A stretch of DNA of 64,000 bases from Silanimonas sp. (GCA_026005095.1 BPKK01000010.1:10512-74511); one strand, 5' to 3'; counted from the first letter of the stretch, positions 1 through 12,201 are shown. A program made the numbers and translations. Notes: a model not told the origin generated them from the sequence alone.

Positions 1-7
1 CAGGGCC

Positions 8-1252
8 TCAGGCCACATGGCGGGCACCGCCGCGGTCGGCGTACTGCGAGAGCGAGCGTTCGATGCGGCGGAACACTTCGGCGATCTCGCGGGCTTCGGG
101 CAGCAGGGTGACGCGGAAGTGGTCGCGGTAGGGCACGTTGAAGCTGCTACCCGGTACGATCAACACGTGCTCGGTCTCCAGCAGCTCGAGCGCAAAGCGG
201 TAGTCGTCGAAGTCCGGCAGATGGGTGGTGTTCACCCGCGGGAAGGCATAGAGCGCCCCCTGCGGCGGCACCACCGAGAGGAAGCGGCTGCCGGCGCAGG
301 CCTCGATCACCGCCTGGCGCGAGGCGTGCAGGCGGCCGCCGGGAGCGGTGAGTGCGCCGATGGTATCGCCGCCGGTGAGCGCGGCCTCGATGGCGAACTG
401 GCCCGGCACATTGGCGCACAGGCGCAGGGCGCCGAGCAGGTCGAGGGCATGGTGGTAGTCGCCGGTGCGCAAGGGGTCACCGGAGAGCACCGCCCAGCCT
501 ACGCGCCAGCCGCAGGCGCGGTGCACCTTGGAAAGACCGCTGAAGGTGAGACAGGGCACGTCGCCGGCCAGCGGGGCCAGCGGCTGGAAGGTGTTGCCGT
601 CGTAGAGGATGCCGTCGTAGATCTCGTCGGCCATCAGCAGCAGGCGGTACTTCGCGGCCAGCGCCACGAGCTTTTCCAGCAGCGGCTTTGGGTAGCTCGC
701 ACCCGTCGGGTTGTTCGGGTTGATGAGCACGAGGGCGCGGGTTTTCGGCCCGATCATCCGCTCGATCTCGTCTGGGTCGGGCAGGAAGCCGTTCTCAGCA
801 CGACAGCTGTAATAGCGCGGGATACCGTCATTGAGGATGGTGGCCGCACTCCACAGCGGGTAGTCCGGGCTGGGCAGCAGCACCTCGTCACCGAGGTTGA
901 GCAGGGCGCGCAGGGCGATGTCGATCAGCTCCGAGACGCCATTGCCGATGAAGATGCGCTCGGCCGAGGCATGCGGCGTGCCACGGGCCCGGTAGTGCGC
1001 GGCCAGTGCCTCGCGGGCCCGGGGCAGGCCCTGCTGGTGGGTGTAGGGGTCGGTGTCGTGGATATGGTCGGCAATCGCACGCTGCAGGTGCTCGGGCGCG
1101 CGGAAGCCAAAGGCTCCGGGATTGCCGATATTGAGCTTGATCAGTTTGTGGCCGTGGCTTTCCAACTCACGGGCGCGGCGGGCGAGATCGCCGCGGATCT
1201 CGTAACGGACTTCCCGCAGGCGTTCGCGGGTGGCGAGGGTATGGGAGGGCAT
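8..1252 (-). CDS. alaA: PLP-dependent class I aminotransferase (AlaA/AlaT-like alanine transaminase)
   Basis: VRYEIRG, KLNIGNP, GNGVSELI, NPNNPTG, ADEIY and the SK(V)HRACGWRVGW PLP-lysine region. Start moved to the ATG of MPSHTLA. Confidence 0.85.
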   Translation of the reverse strand: MPSHTLATRERLREVRYEIRGDLARRARELESHGHKLIKLNIGNPGAFGFRAPEHLQRAIADHIHDTDPYTHQQGLPRAREALAAHYRARGTPHASAERIFIGNGVSELIDIALRALLNLGDEVLLPSPDYPLWSAATILNDGIPRYYSCRAENGFLPDPDEIERMIGPKTRALVLINPNNPTGASYPKPLLEKLVALAAKYRLLLMADEIYDGILYDGNTFQPLAPLAGDVPCLTFSGLSKVHRACGWRVGWAVLSGDPLRTGDYHHALDLLGALRLCANVPGQFAIEAALTGGDTIGALTAPGGRLHASRQAVIEACAGSRFLSVVPPQGALYAFPRVNTTHLPDFDDYRFALELLETEHVLIVPGSSFNVPYRDHFRVTLLPEAREIAEVFRRIERSLSQYADRGGARHVA

Positions 1253-1308
1253 GGGGCAGGGCGGGGGAAACCAGCCCCGAGGGTAACGCATGCGCTTCGA
1301 GACTGGCC

Positions 1309-1698
1309 TCAGTCCCGCGGACGGGCCTGCCGCAGCCCGGCCAGGGCGAGGGCGGCGAAGCCGAGTTCCCAGACCAGGGCATAGGCGAAGAAGGGTACCC
1401 AGACCCCGTCCAGCGCGATGCCGACGAGGCGCCCGAGGGCAATACCGCCATTGGCTGCCAGCGCCAGCCACAGGCCGGGGACGCGCCAGGCCGGGCGGGC
1501 GGCCGCCGCGAGCAGCAGGGCGCCGAGGCCGAGCTCGAGGCCGCCGTAGAAGGCGCGGAACTCGGTGGCTGCGGCCGGGCCCTCGGCGCGGATGCCGATG
1601 GCGGCCAGCGGCACGACCGGATCCACGAGAAACCACAGGCCAAAGCCGAGGAAGCCGAGGCCGGCGAGCACGAGCACGAGGACGCGGTAGCTTTCCAT
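1309..1698 (-). CDS. Small four-helix membrane protein (DUF4345-like)
   Basis: Four hydrophobic segments; TEFRAFYGGLELGLG and GRLVGIALDG motifs. Confidence 0.7.
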   Translation of the reverse strand: MESYRVLVLVLAGLGFLGFGLWFLVDPVVPLAAIGIRAEGPAAATEFRAFYGGLELGLGALLLAAAARPAWRVPGLWLALAANGGIALGRLVGIALDGVWVPFFAYALVWELGFAALALAGLRQARPRD

Positions 1699-1758
1699 GC
1701 CCGCAGGCTAGCACCCGCCGCGGTCAAGGGCGGGGCAAGCCCGCGTACACTGCGCGCG
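1699..1758. promoter_or_regulatory. Divergent, probably leaderless promoter pair
   Basis: TACACT at 1746-1751 lies 7 nt before ATG 1759 (+). TAGCCT at 1710-1705 lies 6 nt before ATG 1698 (-). No Shine-Dalgarno on either side. Confidence 0.55.
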
Positions 1759-2841
1759 ATGACGTGGACCCCCGACGACTTCGAGGCCGTGCGGCCGATG
1801 GGCTGGCGCGAGGACGCGCCCGCGGCCGAGGCCCTTGCCGCCCTGCCGCGCGCGCCGCTGGCGCGGGTGGTGGGCCAGCACCGCAATGCCTACGTGGTGG
1901 CCACCGCCATCGACGAGACGCGTCGCGTGCAGCCACCGGCCGCCTGGACCCGGCCGCGCTTCCCGGCCGAGCAGCGCGCGGTGGTGGGCGACTGGGTGCT
2001 GCTCGACGGCCGCGGCGAGGCCATCGCCCAACTGCTGCCGCGTCACGCCCTGCTGCGCCGCGCCGCCGCCGGCGAGCACTACCAGCAGCAGCCGATCGCC
2101 GCCAACATCGACCATGTGCTGGTGGTGACCGGGCTGGACGGCGATTTCAACCCGCGTCGCATCGAACGCTACCTGCTGCTGGTGCAGGCGAGCGGCGCCG
2201 CCCCGGTGCTGGTGCTGACCAAGGCCGACCTCGCCGGCGACCTCGCCGGCGAGGCCGCCGACCTCTTGGCACCGCTCACTGCTGCCGGCTTTCCGCTGCA
2301 TGTGGTGAACGGCAAGGATCCGGCCAGCGCTGCCGTGCTCGCGCCCTACCTCGGGCCGGGGCGGAGCTGCGTGCTGGTGGGCAGCTCGGGCGCCGGCAAG
2401 TCCACCCTCACCAACACCCTGCTCGGGCGCGAGCAGATGAAGACTGCGGCGGTGCGCGAGACCGATTCCCGAGGCCGGCACACCACCACTACGCGGGTGC
2501 TGATCCCTTTGCCGCAGGGCGGCTGCCTGATCGACACCCCGGGCATGCGCGAGCTGAAGCTGGTGGGCGAGGAGGACCTCGCCGAGGGCGTGTTCGAGGA
2601 CATCGAGGCGCTGGCCGCTACCTGCCGTTTCCGCGACTGCGCCCATCTCAACGAGCCGGGCTGCGCGGTGCTGGCGGCTCTTGCGGCAGAGCAGCTCGAC
2701 GAGGCGCGCTACGGCCACTACATCAAGCTGCGCGACGAGCGCGACGCCGCCGCCCAGACCCTCGCCCAGCGGCGGCAGGAGGCGCGGCAGGCGTCGCGGG
2801 GCGTACGGCCGCGGCCGAAGGACCGGTTCGGGCGGCGCTGA
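1759..2841 (+). CDS. rsgA: Ribosome small subunit-dependent GTPase A
   Basis: VGDWV OB-fold motif, TKADL (G4), GSSGAGKST (G1), GRHTTT, DTPG, and C-terminal Zn site CRFRDCAHLNEPGC. Confidence 0.93.
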   Translation: MTWTPDDFEAVRPMGWREDAPAAEALAALPRAPLARVVGQHRNAYVVATAIDETRRVQPPAAWTRPRFPAEQRAVVGDWVLLDGRGEAIAQLLPRHALLRRAAAGEHYQQQPIAANIDHVLVVTGLDGDFNPRRIERYLLLVQASGAAPVLVLTKADLAGDLAGEAADLLAPLTAAGFPLHVVNGKDPASAAVLAPYLGPGRSCVLVGSSGAGKSTLTNTLLGREQMKTAAVRETDSRGRHTTTTRVLIPLPQGGCLIDTPGMRELKLVGEEDLAEGVFEDIEALAATCRFRDCAHLNEPGCAVLAALAAEQLDEARYGHYIKLRDERDAAAQTLAQRRQEARQASRGVRPRPKDRFGRR

Positions 2842-2852
2842 AACCGCCCGCT

Positions 2853-4181
2853 TCAGCGTTCCTGGGCGCGCGGCTGCGAGGGGCGCACACCGAAGAGCTG
2901 CGGCACCGCATCGAGGTTATCGATGTCCACCCGGTCGAGGCGGATGGTGTTGGCGAACAGCGAGAAGGCCAGCAGGCCGGCGAGGCCTCCCGCCCGGCGC
3001 GCCCAGGGCGGCAGGTGGCGGGGCGGGGCGATGGCCCCGCTCTCGAAGGCGGGCTCGAGGTCGAACACGTCCTCCAGCGTCATCTTTCCGGCGAACAACC
3101 GGTGGGTGAGGGCGAGGCGGCGGTGCTTCAGGCACCAGCGAAAGAAGGTATGCACCCGCACCAGGCCGGCGAGGTAGACGCCGTCCTTGGTGAAGGCCGC
3201 GCCACCGGTCACCGGCACGCCGCGGAAGATGCGCGCCGCCGAGGCGAAACTCTCGGTCTCGCGCTGTCCGGCCTCGAGGAAGAAGCGGAACACATCGATG
3301 AAATCGGCGCCGCGCAGGGCCATGTCGATGGCGAGGATGCGCAGGCTGATGCGCTTCATGCGCTCGATGTCGATATGGCCGGTGATCAGCTCGGCGAAGG
3401 TGGCAAGCCCCTCCTGGGTGGCGATGATCCGCGGCGAGGTGCGCGAGAGCGAGGCGAAGTGCGGCTGCGCCCGGCCGTTGAGGGCGGTGAGGGTGTGCAC
3501 GAAGGCCTCGTGCTCGCGCAGCTGGTGCACGTCGTATTCGCTGAACGCGGCGCCTTCGCGCAGGCGGATGCGGGTAGGGCCGGCGGCGGCCTTGGCGATC
3601 AGATCGGCATCCAGCTCCACCGCCACTTCGCCGGGGCCGAAGAAAGCATCCATGTCGGCCTGCAGCCGGTCGCGCACCTCGGTGGAGGGGATGCGCACAT
3701 CATCGGTATCGGCATCCCGCAGTTCGGCATCCAGCTCGTCGGCGATACGCACGAAGTGCATGGCGGCATCGAGCCCGGAGACCTCGCCGCCGGGCAGGGG
3801 GTCGCCGGGGCGGCCGAACAGGCGGATCGAGTGGTCGGTGACCGCCGCCGTGCCCACCGCCTCCAGCAGCTGGGCGGCGGTATGCCAGCTCTCGCAGCTG
3901 CGGCGCAGGTAGAGGCCGAGCGGCGAGTCGACGTCGCAGGCCTCGCCGATGGCGCGCAGCTCGGCACGCACGTCCGCGAGGTCCTCGGGCTCGTACTCGG
4001 GTTCGGGAAGGCGCAGCACGCCACGCCGCCAGCGTTCGAGGAAGGCCACCTGCACCCGGCGCTTCCAGCTCACCGACTGCAGCAGCCGCAGCCGCCGCGT
4101 CGCCCGCACCAGACGGGCGTCGAGGTCGGCATGGTGCGCGAGCTCGGATCGGGTGGCCACGGCGGGCGGTCCATCGGGCAT
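2853..4181 (-). CDS. QEGLA-motif zinc metallopeptidase-like protein (DUF1704 / MATCAP-related)
   Basis: HEAFVH (HExxxH), TQEGLATFAE, RIFRG and FTKDGVYL motifs. Start ATG 4181 is preceded by a -10-like TATGCT. Confidence 0.85.
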   Translation of the reverse strand: MPDGPPAVATRSELAHHADLDARLVRATRRLRLLQSVSWKRRVQVAFLERWRRGVLRLPEPEYEPEDLADVRAELRAIGEACDVDSPLGLYLRRSCESWHTAAQLLEAVGTAAVTDHSIRLFGRPGDPLPGGEVSGLDAAMHFVRIADELDAELRDADTDDVRIPSTEVRDRLQADMDAFFGPGEVAVELDADLIAKAAAGPTRIRLREGAAFSEYDVHQLREHEAFVHTLTALNGRAQPHFASLSRTSPRIIATQEGLATFAELITGHIDIERMKRISLRILAIDMALRGADFIDVFRFFLEAGQRETESFASAARIFRGVPVTGGAAFTKDGVYLAGLVRVHTFFRWCLKHRRLALTHRLFAGKMTLEDVFDLEPAFESGAIAPPRHLPPWARRAGGLAGLLAFSLFANTIRLDRVDIDNLDAVPQLFGVRPSQPRAQER

Positions 4182-4210
4182 GCCGACCAGCATACGCCCC
4201 CCGCGCCCCG

Positions 4211-4247
4211 TTGACCGGCCGAGCGCCGGGCCGCAGCCTTGGCGCCC
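4211..4247 (+). promoter_or_regulatory. Putative sigma70 promoter for the phosphatase/kinase-STAS operon
   Basis: TTGACC (4211-4216), 17-nt spacer, CAGCCT (4234-4239), then ATG 8 nt later. Confidence 0.45.
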
Positions 4248-6578
4248 ATGACCGCCCTGCTCCCCGATCCGCCCGCGCCTCCCCGCTGGCACCACAGCCT
4301 CCAGACGCGCTTTGCGCTCTGGTTCGGCGTGGCCGGGGCGCTGGCGGCGGTGGCCGGCGGCATCGCCCTCTACCGGGTGGCCGAGGCTCGGGCGCTGGAG
4401 GCCGCGGGCGCCAGTCTGGTCGAATCGCTGCGCCGCACCGGGGTCGAGGGCCGCGCCCTGCTGCAGGCGGTGGACGTCGGGGCGGCCACCCTGGCCGGGG
4501 CGGTGCCGGGGATGCGCGGCGATGCCGCCCAGACCCTCGCCCTGCTCGATGCCGTGGTGCTGGCCGATCCGAACGTGGCCGGCGGCCTGGTGGCCGCCGA
4601 GCCCGCCGTCTCGCCGCTACCGGGGCGGCACTGGGCGGTGTACGCGGCGAAGCAGGGACGGGGCGTGGTGCACCGCGATCTGATCGGTGAGCGCGGCATC
4701 GACGTGCCGGCCCAGACCTGGTACCGCGAGACCCTGGCCGCCGGTGGGCCGCGCTGGTCGCCGCCCTACTTCAACGAGACGGCGGGCGGGCGCTGGATGG
4801 TGACGCTCAACCGCCCGCTGGCGTCCAGCAACGGGCAGCCTTCGGGCATGGTGAGCCTCGATGTCCCGATCAACCGCTTCAATGCCCTGCTCGATCCTTT
4901 TCGCAACGACCCCCGGCTGCGCGCCGTCCTGCACAAAGGCCCGGTATGGATCGGCGATTCGGACTGGGTTTCGGTGGGAACGCCGCCGCCGGCCCTGCCG
5001 GAACTGGACGCCCTGCTCACCGCGGCGCGCCAGCAGGCCAGGCCGGGCGAACTCGTCGTCCTCGGGCAGGGGCGGCGCGGGGCCCATGCCAGCATCGACG
5101 GTGACTGGGGCCTGCTCCTGGTGCTCGACGAAGCGGCTACCCTGGCGCCCCTGCGCGAAGTGACCTGGCGCTTCGCCGGCGGCACCGTGGTGCTGATCGG
5201 CCTGCTCGCCCTGCTCGGCAATGCCCTGTCGCGCGGCATCACCCGACCGATGGTGCAGCTCGGCGAGGCCGCCCGCCGCCTCGCCCAGGAAGGCTTCGCC
5301 ATGCCCACCGCCCTGCTGGTGCGGCGCGACGAGGTGGGCGAGCTGGCGCGGGTGCTCGATGGCGCCGATGCCGCCCTCCGGCAGCAGATGGCGCAGACCC
5401 AGCGGCTTGCCCAGGAGCAGCAGAAGCTCGACAGCGAGCTTCGGCTCGCCCATGACCTGCAGCAGTCGATGCTGCCGCCGGCCACCGCGGTCGACGTGCA
5501 CGAGGGCCACCTCGACATCCACGCCGTGCTGAAGCCGGCCAAGAGCGTGGGCGGCGACTTCTACGCTTTCCACCCGCGTGAGGACGGGATGCTGTGGTTC
5601 GCCATCGGCGACATCAGCGACAAGGGCGTGCCGGCGGCCCTGTTCATGGCCCGCACGGTGGCCGTGCTGGAGGCCACCGCCCGCAACACCGACTCCCCGG
5701 CCCTGATGCTGGCCCGCGCCGCCCCGCGGCTTGCCGAAGGCAACGAGAGCTGCATGTTCGCCACCGCCCTGTGCGGGCTGGTGGATCCGCACACCGGCAT
5801 GTTCGAGCTGGCGAGCTCCGGCCACGAGCTGCCCTTCATCGTCCGCGCCGACGGGCGGGTCGAATTGTTCGAGATGGAGACCGGCGCTCCGCTCGGCATC
5901 GATCCGGAGGCCTATGGCGAGGGCCATGCCGGCATGCTCGCCCCCGGCGACTGCCTGTTCTGTTTCACCGATGGCGTGACCGAGGCCCGCAACCGCCTCG
6001 GTGAGCTGTTCGGCGAGGCCCGGCTGCGCGAGGTGTTGGCGCAGCCCGGACGCAATGCCGAGCAGCGCATCGCCGACGTGGTGGCGGCGGTGGAAGCCTT
6101 TGCCGCCGGGGCCGAACCGGCCGACGACGTGACCGTGCTGGCGGTGGGCCTGGTCGCTCCGGAGCAACCGGCCAGCGATCCGCTGCATTTCTCCATCTGG
6201 CCCTCCGGCCTGCGGGCGATGAATCGGGCGATCGACGAATGCCTGGCCCGCCATGGCATCGACGCCGAGGGGCAGTCGGACGTGCGCCTGGTGCTGGAGG
6301 AGCTGCTGGCCAATGCCATCGACCATGGCGGCGCGGTGGACTGCACCGTGGACCTGAGCTTCACCGAGCGCACCATCACCTTGCGCATCGTCGATGACGG
6401 GATGCCCTTCAATCCGCTCGATACTCCCGATCTCGAGCTCGATGCCGAGGACCTCGACCGCCCGATCGGCGGCCTTGGCATCCATCTCATCAAGACCATG
6501 AGCCTCGACGCGGTCTATGCTCGCGAGGGCGACCGCAACCGGCTCACTCTCGTTCTTCCCAGGAATCCGCCGACATGA
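4248..6578 (+). CDS. Membrane sensor: Cache-like periplasmic domain + HAMP + SpoIIE/PP2C phosphatase + C-terminal RsbW-like HATPase kinase
   Basis: Two TM helices flanking WYRE..PRWSPPYFN (Cache); RRDEVGELA (HAMP); VGGDFY, GDISDKG, FTDGVTE, DDVT (PP2C); EELLANAIDHG, DDGMPFNP, IGGLGIHLIK (anti-sigma kinase). Confidence 0.9.
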   Translation: MTALLPDPPAPPRWHHSLQTRFALWFGVAGALAAVAGGIALYRVAEARALEAAGASLVESLRRTGVEGRALLQAVDVGAATLAGAVPGMRGDAAQTLALLDAVVLADPNVAGGLVAAEPAVSPLPGRHWAVYAAKQGRGVVHRDLIGERGIDVPAQTWYRETLAAGGPRWSPPYFNETAGGRWMVTLNRPLASSNGQPSGMVSLDVPINRFNALLDPFRNDPRLRAVLHKGPVWIGDSDWVSVGTPPPALPELDALLTAARQQARPGELVVLGQGRRGAHASIDGDWGLLLVLDEAATLAPLREVTWRFAGGTVVLIGLLALLGNALSRGITRPMVQLGEAARRLAQEGFAMPTALLVRRDEVGELARVLDGADAALRQQMAQTQRLAQEQQKLDSELRLAHDLQQSMLPPATAVDVHEGHLDIHAVLKPAKSVGGDFYAFHPREDGMLWFAIGDISDKGVPAALFMARTVAVLEATARNTDSPALMLARAAPRLAEGNESCMFATALCGLVDPHTGMFELASSGHELPFIVRADGRVELFEMETGAPLGIDPEAYGEGHAGMLAPGDCLFCFTDGVTEARNRLGELFGEARLREVLAQPGRNAEQRIADVVAAVEAFAAGAEPADDVTVLAVGLVAPEQPASDPLHFSIWPSGLRAMNRAIDECLARHGIDAEGQSDVRLVLEELLANAIDHGGAVDCTVDLSFTERTITLRIVDDGMPFNPLDTPDLELDAEDLDRPIGGLGIHLIKTMSLDAVYAREGDRNRLTLVLPRNPPT

Positions 6579-6961
6579 GCGACGATCTTCGCATCTCCAT
6601 CGAAGGCAGCGGCCCGAAGCGCACCTGCGCGCTTGCCGGCCACCTCGACACCCATACTTACCAGATGGCCGATGCCGCCCTGGAGCCGGTACTGGCCGAC
6701 CCCGCGGTGAGCCTGCTGGTGCTCGATCTCTCGGAGCTCGATTACATCAGCTCTGCTGGCCTGCGCACCGTGTTCCGCGCCCGCAAGACCCTCGGGGCGC
6801 GGGGGGGGAAGGTGGTGGTGACCAATCCGCAACCGCAGATCCGCAAGGTCTTCGACCTCGTCAAGGCCGTACCCTTCTCCGAGATCTTCAGCTCGATGGA
6901 AGAGGCCGACGCCTACCTCGACGCCATGCAGAAGCGGGTGCTCTCGGGCGAGGACGACTGA
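6575..6961 (+). CDS. STAS-domain anti-sigma factor antagonist (RsbV/SpoIIAA-like)
   Basis: LAGHLD and DLSELDYISSAGLR with the phosphoacceptor Ser; ATGA overlap with the upstream gene. Confidence 0.9.
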   Translation: MSDDLRISIEGSGPKRTCALAGHLDTHTYQMADAALEPVLADPAVSLLVLDLSELDYISSAGLRTVFRARKTLGARGGKVVVTNPQPQIRKVFDLVKAVPFSEIFSSMEEADAYLDAMQKRVLSGEDD

Positions 6962-7068
6962 CCCTGCCGGGCCGATTGCCGGCCCCACCGCCGCTTCCCG
7001 TACGCCGCCGTCGCCAGCCCTCCCCTGGGCATGGCTAGAATGCGGCTCGCCTTTCCATGCCCGCTCCG

Positions 7069-9348
<2,280 letters not shown>

Positions 9349-9402
9349 AGGCGCCGTACGCCGGCGTATTCGTATTCATCGCGGCGGGGCCACGCGCCCC
9401 GC

Positions 9403-9411
9403 TGCTAGACT
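9403..9411 (+). promoter_or_regulatory. Putative extended -10 promoter of aceE
   Basis: TG-C-TAGACT about 85 nt upstream of the ATG; GGAGG RBS before 9496. Confidence 0.4.
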
Positions 9412-9495
9412 TTCGACTCTAAAACGTGCGCCGGCCCCTTCGACCTCGGCGCGCCCGACCCGCTGGCCGCGCGTTCCGCGCGGGAGGAATAGGCA

Positions 9496-12180
9496 ATGAA
9501 CTGGCTGCAGGACGTCCTGGCGAACGACATCGACCCCACCGAAACCCAGGAATGGCTGGAATCGCTGAAGGCGGTGATCGATGCCGACGGCCCGGAGCGC
9601 GCCCATTACTTGCTCGAGCGCATGGTGGAACTGACCCGCCGTGCCGGCGCGCACCTGCCTTTCGCCCCCACCACCGAGTACATCAACACCATCCCGCCGC
9701 ACCTCGAGGCCAAGAGCCCGGGTGATGCGCAGATGGAATGGCGGCTGCGCTCGCTGATCCGCTGGAATGCGCTGGCCATGGTAGTGCGGGCCAACCGCAA
9801 GCCCGGGGAACTCGGCGGCCACATCGCCAGCTTCGCCTCGGCGGCCACGCTCTATGACGTTGGCTTCAACCACTTCTGGCGCGCGCCGAGCGAGCAGCAC
9901 CCCGGCGACCTGCTCTACATCCAGGGCCACAGTGCGCCCGGCATCTATGCCCGTGCCTTCCTCGAGGGCCGGCTCACCGAAGAGCAGCTCGACCACTTCC
10001 GCATGGAAGTCGATGGCAAGGGCATCTCGAGCTATCCCCACCCCTGGCTGATGCCGGACTTCTGGCAGACGCCCACCGTGTCGATGGGGCTTGGTCCCAT
10101 CGCCGCCATCTACCAGGCGCGTTTCTGGAAATACCTCGAGGCCCGCGGCCTGATGCCGGCCTCCGACCGCAAGGTGTGGTGCTTCATGGGCGACGGCGAG
10201 TGCGACGAGCCCGAGAGCCTCGGCGCCATCTCGCTGGCGGGCCGCGAGGGTCTCGACAACCTGATGTTCGTCATCAACTGCAATCTGCAGCGCCTCGATG
10301 GCCCGGTGCGCGGCAACGGCAAGATCATCCAGGAACTCGAGGGCGTGTTCCGTGGGGCTGGCTGGAACGTCATCAAGGTGATCTGGGGCAGCTACTGGGA
10401 TCCGCTGCTGGCCAAGGACAGCAACGGCACCCTGAAAAAGCTGATGATGGAGACCGTCGACGGCGAGTACCAGAACTGCAAGGCCTTCGGCGGCGCCTAT
10501 ACCCGTGAGCACTTCTTCGGTAAGTACGAAGAGACGAAGCGCATGGTGGCCTCGCTCTCCGACGAGGACATCTGGCGCCTCAACCGCGGCGGCCACGACC
10601 CGCACAAGGTGTATGCCGCCTACCACGCCGCGGTGAACCACAAGGGCCAGCCTACCGTGATCCTCGCCAAGACGGTGAAGGGCTACGGCATGGGCAAGGC
10701 CGGTGAGTCGATCAACATCACCCACCAGCAGAAGAAGCTGGACGATGCGGCGGTAAGGGCCTTCCGCGACCGCTTCAACATCCCGGTGAGCGACGAAGAT
10801 CTGCCCTCGGTGCCCTTCTACCATCCCGGCCCGGACTCGCCCGAGGTGCAGTATCTGAAGGCGCGCCGGGCCGCGCTCGGCGGTCCCCTGCCGCAGCGCC
10901 GCAGGAAGGCCAGCCAGTCACTGCCGGTGCCCGCGCTGTCCGCCTTCGAGCGCCTGCTGAAGAGCAGCGGCGAGCGCGAGATCAGCACCACCATGGCCTT
11001 CGTGCAGGCGCTGAACGTGATCCTGCGCGACAAGGTGGTGGGCCCGCGCACGGTGCCGATCATCTGCGACGAGGCACGCACCTTCGGCATGGAAGGCCTG
11101 TTCCGCCAGATCGGCATCTACTCGCCGCACGGGCAGAAGTACAAGCCGGTAGATGCCGACCAGCTGATGTTCTACCGCGAGGACGAAGCCGGGCAGGTAC
11201 TGCAGGAGGGCATCAACGAGGCCGGCAGCTTCGCCAGCTGGATGGCGGCCGCCACCAGCTACAGCACCAACGACGTGCCGATGCTGCCGTTCTACATCTT
11301 CTATTCGATGTTCGGCTTCCAGCGCGTCGGCGACTCGGCCTGGCAGGCCGCCGACATGCGCGCCCGCGGCTTCCTGCTCGGCGCCACTGCCGGCCGCACT
11401 ACGCTCAACGGCGAGGGCCTGCAGCACGAGGACGGCCACTCGCACCTGTTGGCCGGCAACATCCCGAACTGCCGCCCCTACGACCCCACCTTCGCCTATG
11501 AAGTGGCGGTAGTGCTGCAGTACGGCATGCAGCGCATGCTCACCGAGCAGGTGGACGAGTACTACTACCTCACCCTGATGAACGAGAACTACGCGCACCC
11601 GGACATGCCGGAGGGCGCGGCCGAGGGAATCATCAAGGGCATGTACCTGTTGAAGGATGCCGGCAAGCCGAAGAAGGGCGAGCTGCGCGTACAGCTGATG
11701 GGCTCGGGCACCATCCTGCGCGAGGCCATCGCTGCCGCCGAGTTGCTCGATCGGGAGTTCGGCGTCTCGGCCGACATCTGGAGCTGCCCGAGTTTCACCG
11801 AGCTGCGCCGCGACGGGTTCGATTGCGAGCGCTGGAATCGCCTGCACCCGGAGGCGAAGACCCCGCGCAAGGCCTATGTCACCGAGTTGCTGGAGGGCCG
11901 TCAGGGCCCGGCCATCGCCGCTACCGACTATGTGCGCCAGTACGCCGACCAGATCCGTGCCTTCGTGCCGATGCGCTACACCGTGCTCGGCACCGACGGT
12001 TTCGGTCGTTCGGACACCCGTGCCAACCTGCGCCGCCACTTCGAAGTGGACCGCTACTACATCGCCCATGCCGCCATCGCGGCGCTGGCGGCCGAGGGCA
12101 AGATGAACGCCAAGGACGTGGCCCGGGCGATCAAGACCTTCGGCATCGACCCGGAGAAGGCCAACCCGATCGGCGTCTGA
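9496..12180 (+). CDS. aceE: Pyruvate dehydrogenase E1, homodimeric type
   Basis: DIDPTETQEWLE, GGHIASFAS, GDGECDEPE TPP motif, GEGLQHEDG, GTDGFGRSDTR; strong RBS. Confidence 0.97.
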   Translation: MNWLQDVLANDIDPTETQEWLESLKAVIDADGPERAHYLLERMVELTRRAGAHLPFAPTTEYINTIPPHLEAKSPGDAQMEWRLRSLIRWNALAMVVRANRKPGELGGHIASFASAATLYDVGFNHFWRAPSEQHPGDLLYIQGHSAPGIYARAFLEGRLTEEQLDHFRMEVDGKGISSYPHPWLMPDFWQTPTVSMGLGPIAAIYQARFWKYLEARGLMPASDRKVWCFMGDGECDEPESLGAISLAGREGLDNLMFVINCNLQRLDGPVRGNGKIIQELEGVFRGAGWNVIKVIWGSYWDPLLAKDSNGTLKKLMMETVDGEYQNCKAFGGAYTREHFFGKYEETKRMVASLSDEDIWRLNRGGHDPHKVYAAYHAAVNHKGQPTVILAKTVKGYGMGKAGESINITHQQKKLDDAAVRAFRDRFNIPVSDEDLPSVPFYHPGPDSPEVQYLKARRAALGGPLPQRRRKASQSLPVPALSAFERLLKSSGEREISTTMAFVQALNVILRDKVVGPRTVPIICDEARTFGMEGLFRQIGIYSPHGQKYKPVDADQLMFYREDEAGQVLQEGINEAGSFASWMAAATSYSTNDVPMLPFYIFYSMFGFQRVGDSAWQAADMRARGFLLGATAGRTTLNGEGLQHEDGHSHLLAGNIPNCRPYDPTFAYEVAVVLQYGMQRMLTEQVDEYYYLTLMNENYAHPDMPEGAAEGIIKGMYLLKDAGKPKKGELRVQLMGSGTILREAIAAAELLDREFGVSADIWSCPSFTELRRDGFDCERWNRLHPEAKTPRKAYVTELLEGRQGPAIAATDYVRQYADQIRAFVPMRYTVLGTDGFGRSDTRANLRRHFEVDRYYIAHAAIAALAAEGKMNAKDVARAIKTFGIDPEKANPIGV

Positions 12181-12201
12181 CCTTCGCGGGAGAGGCGCTG
12201 C

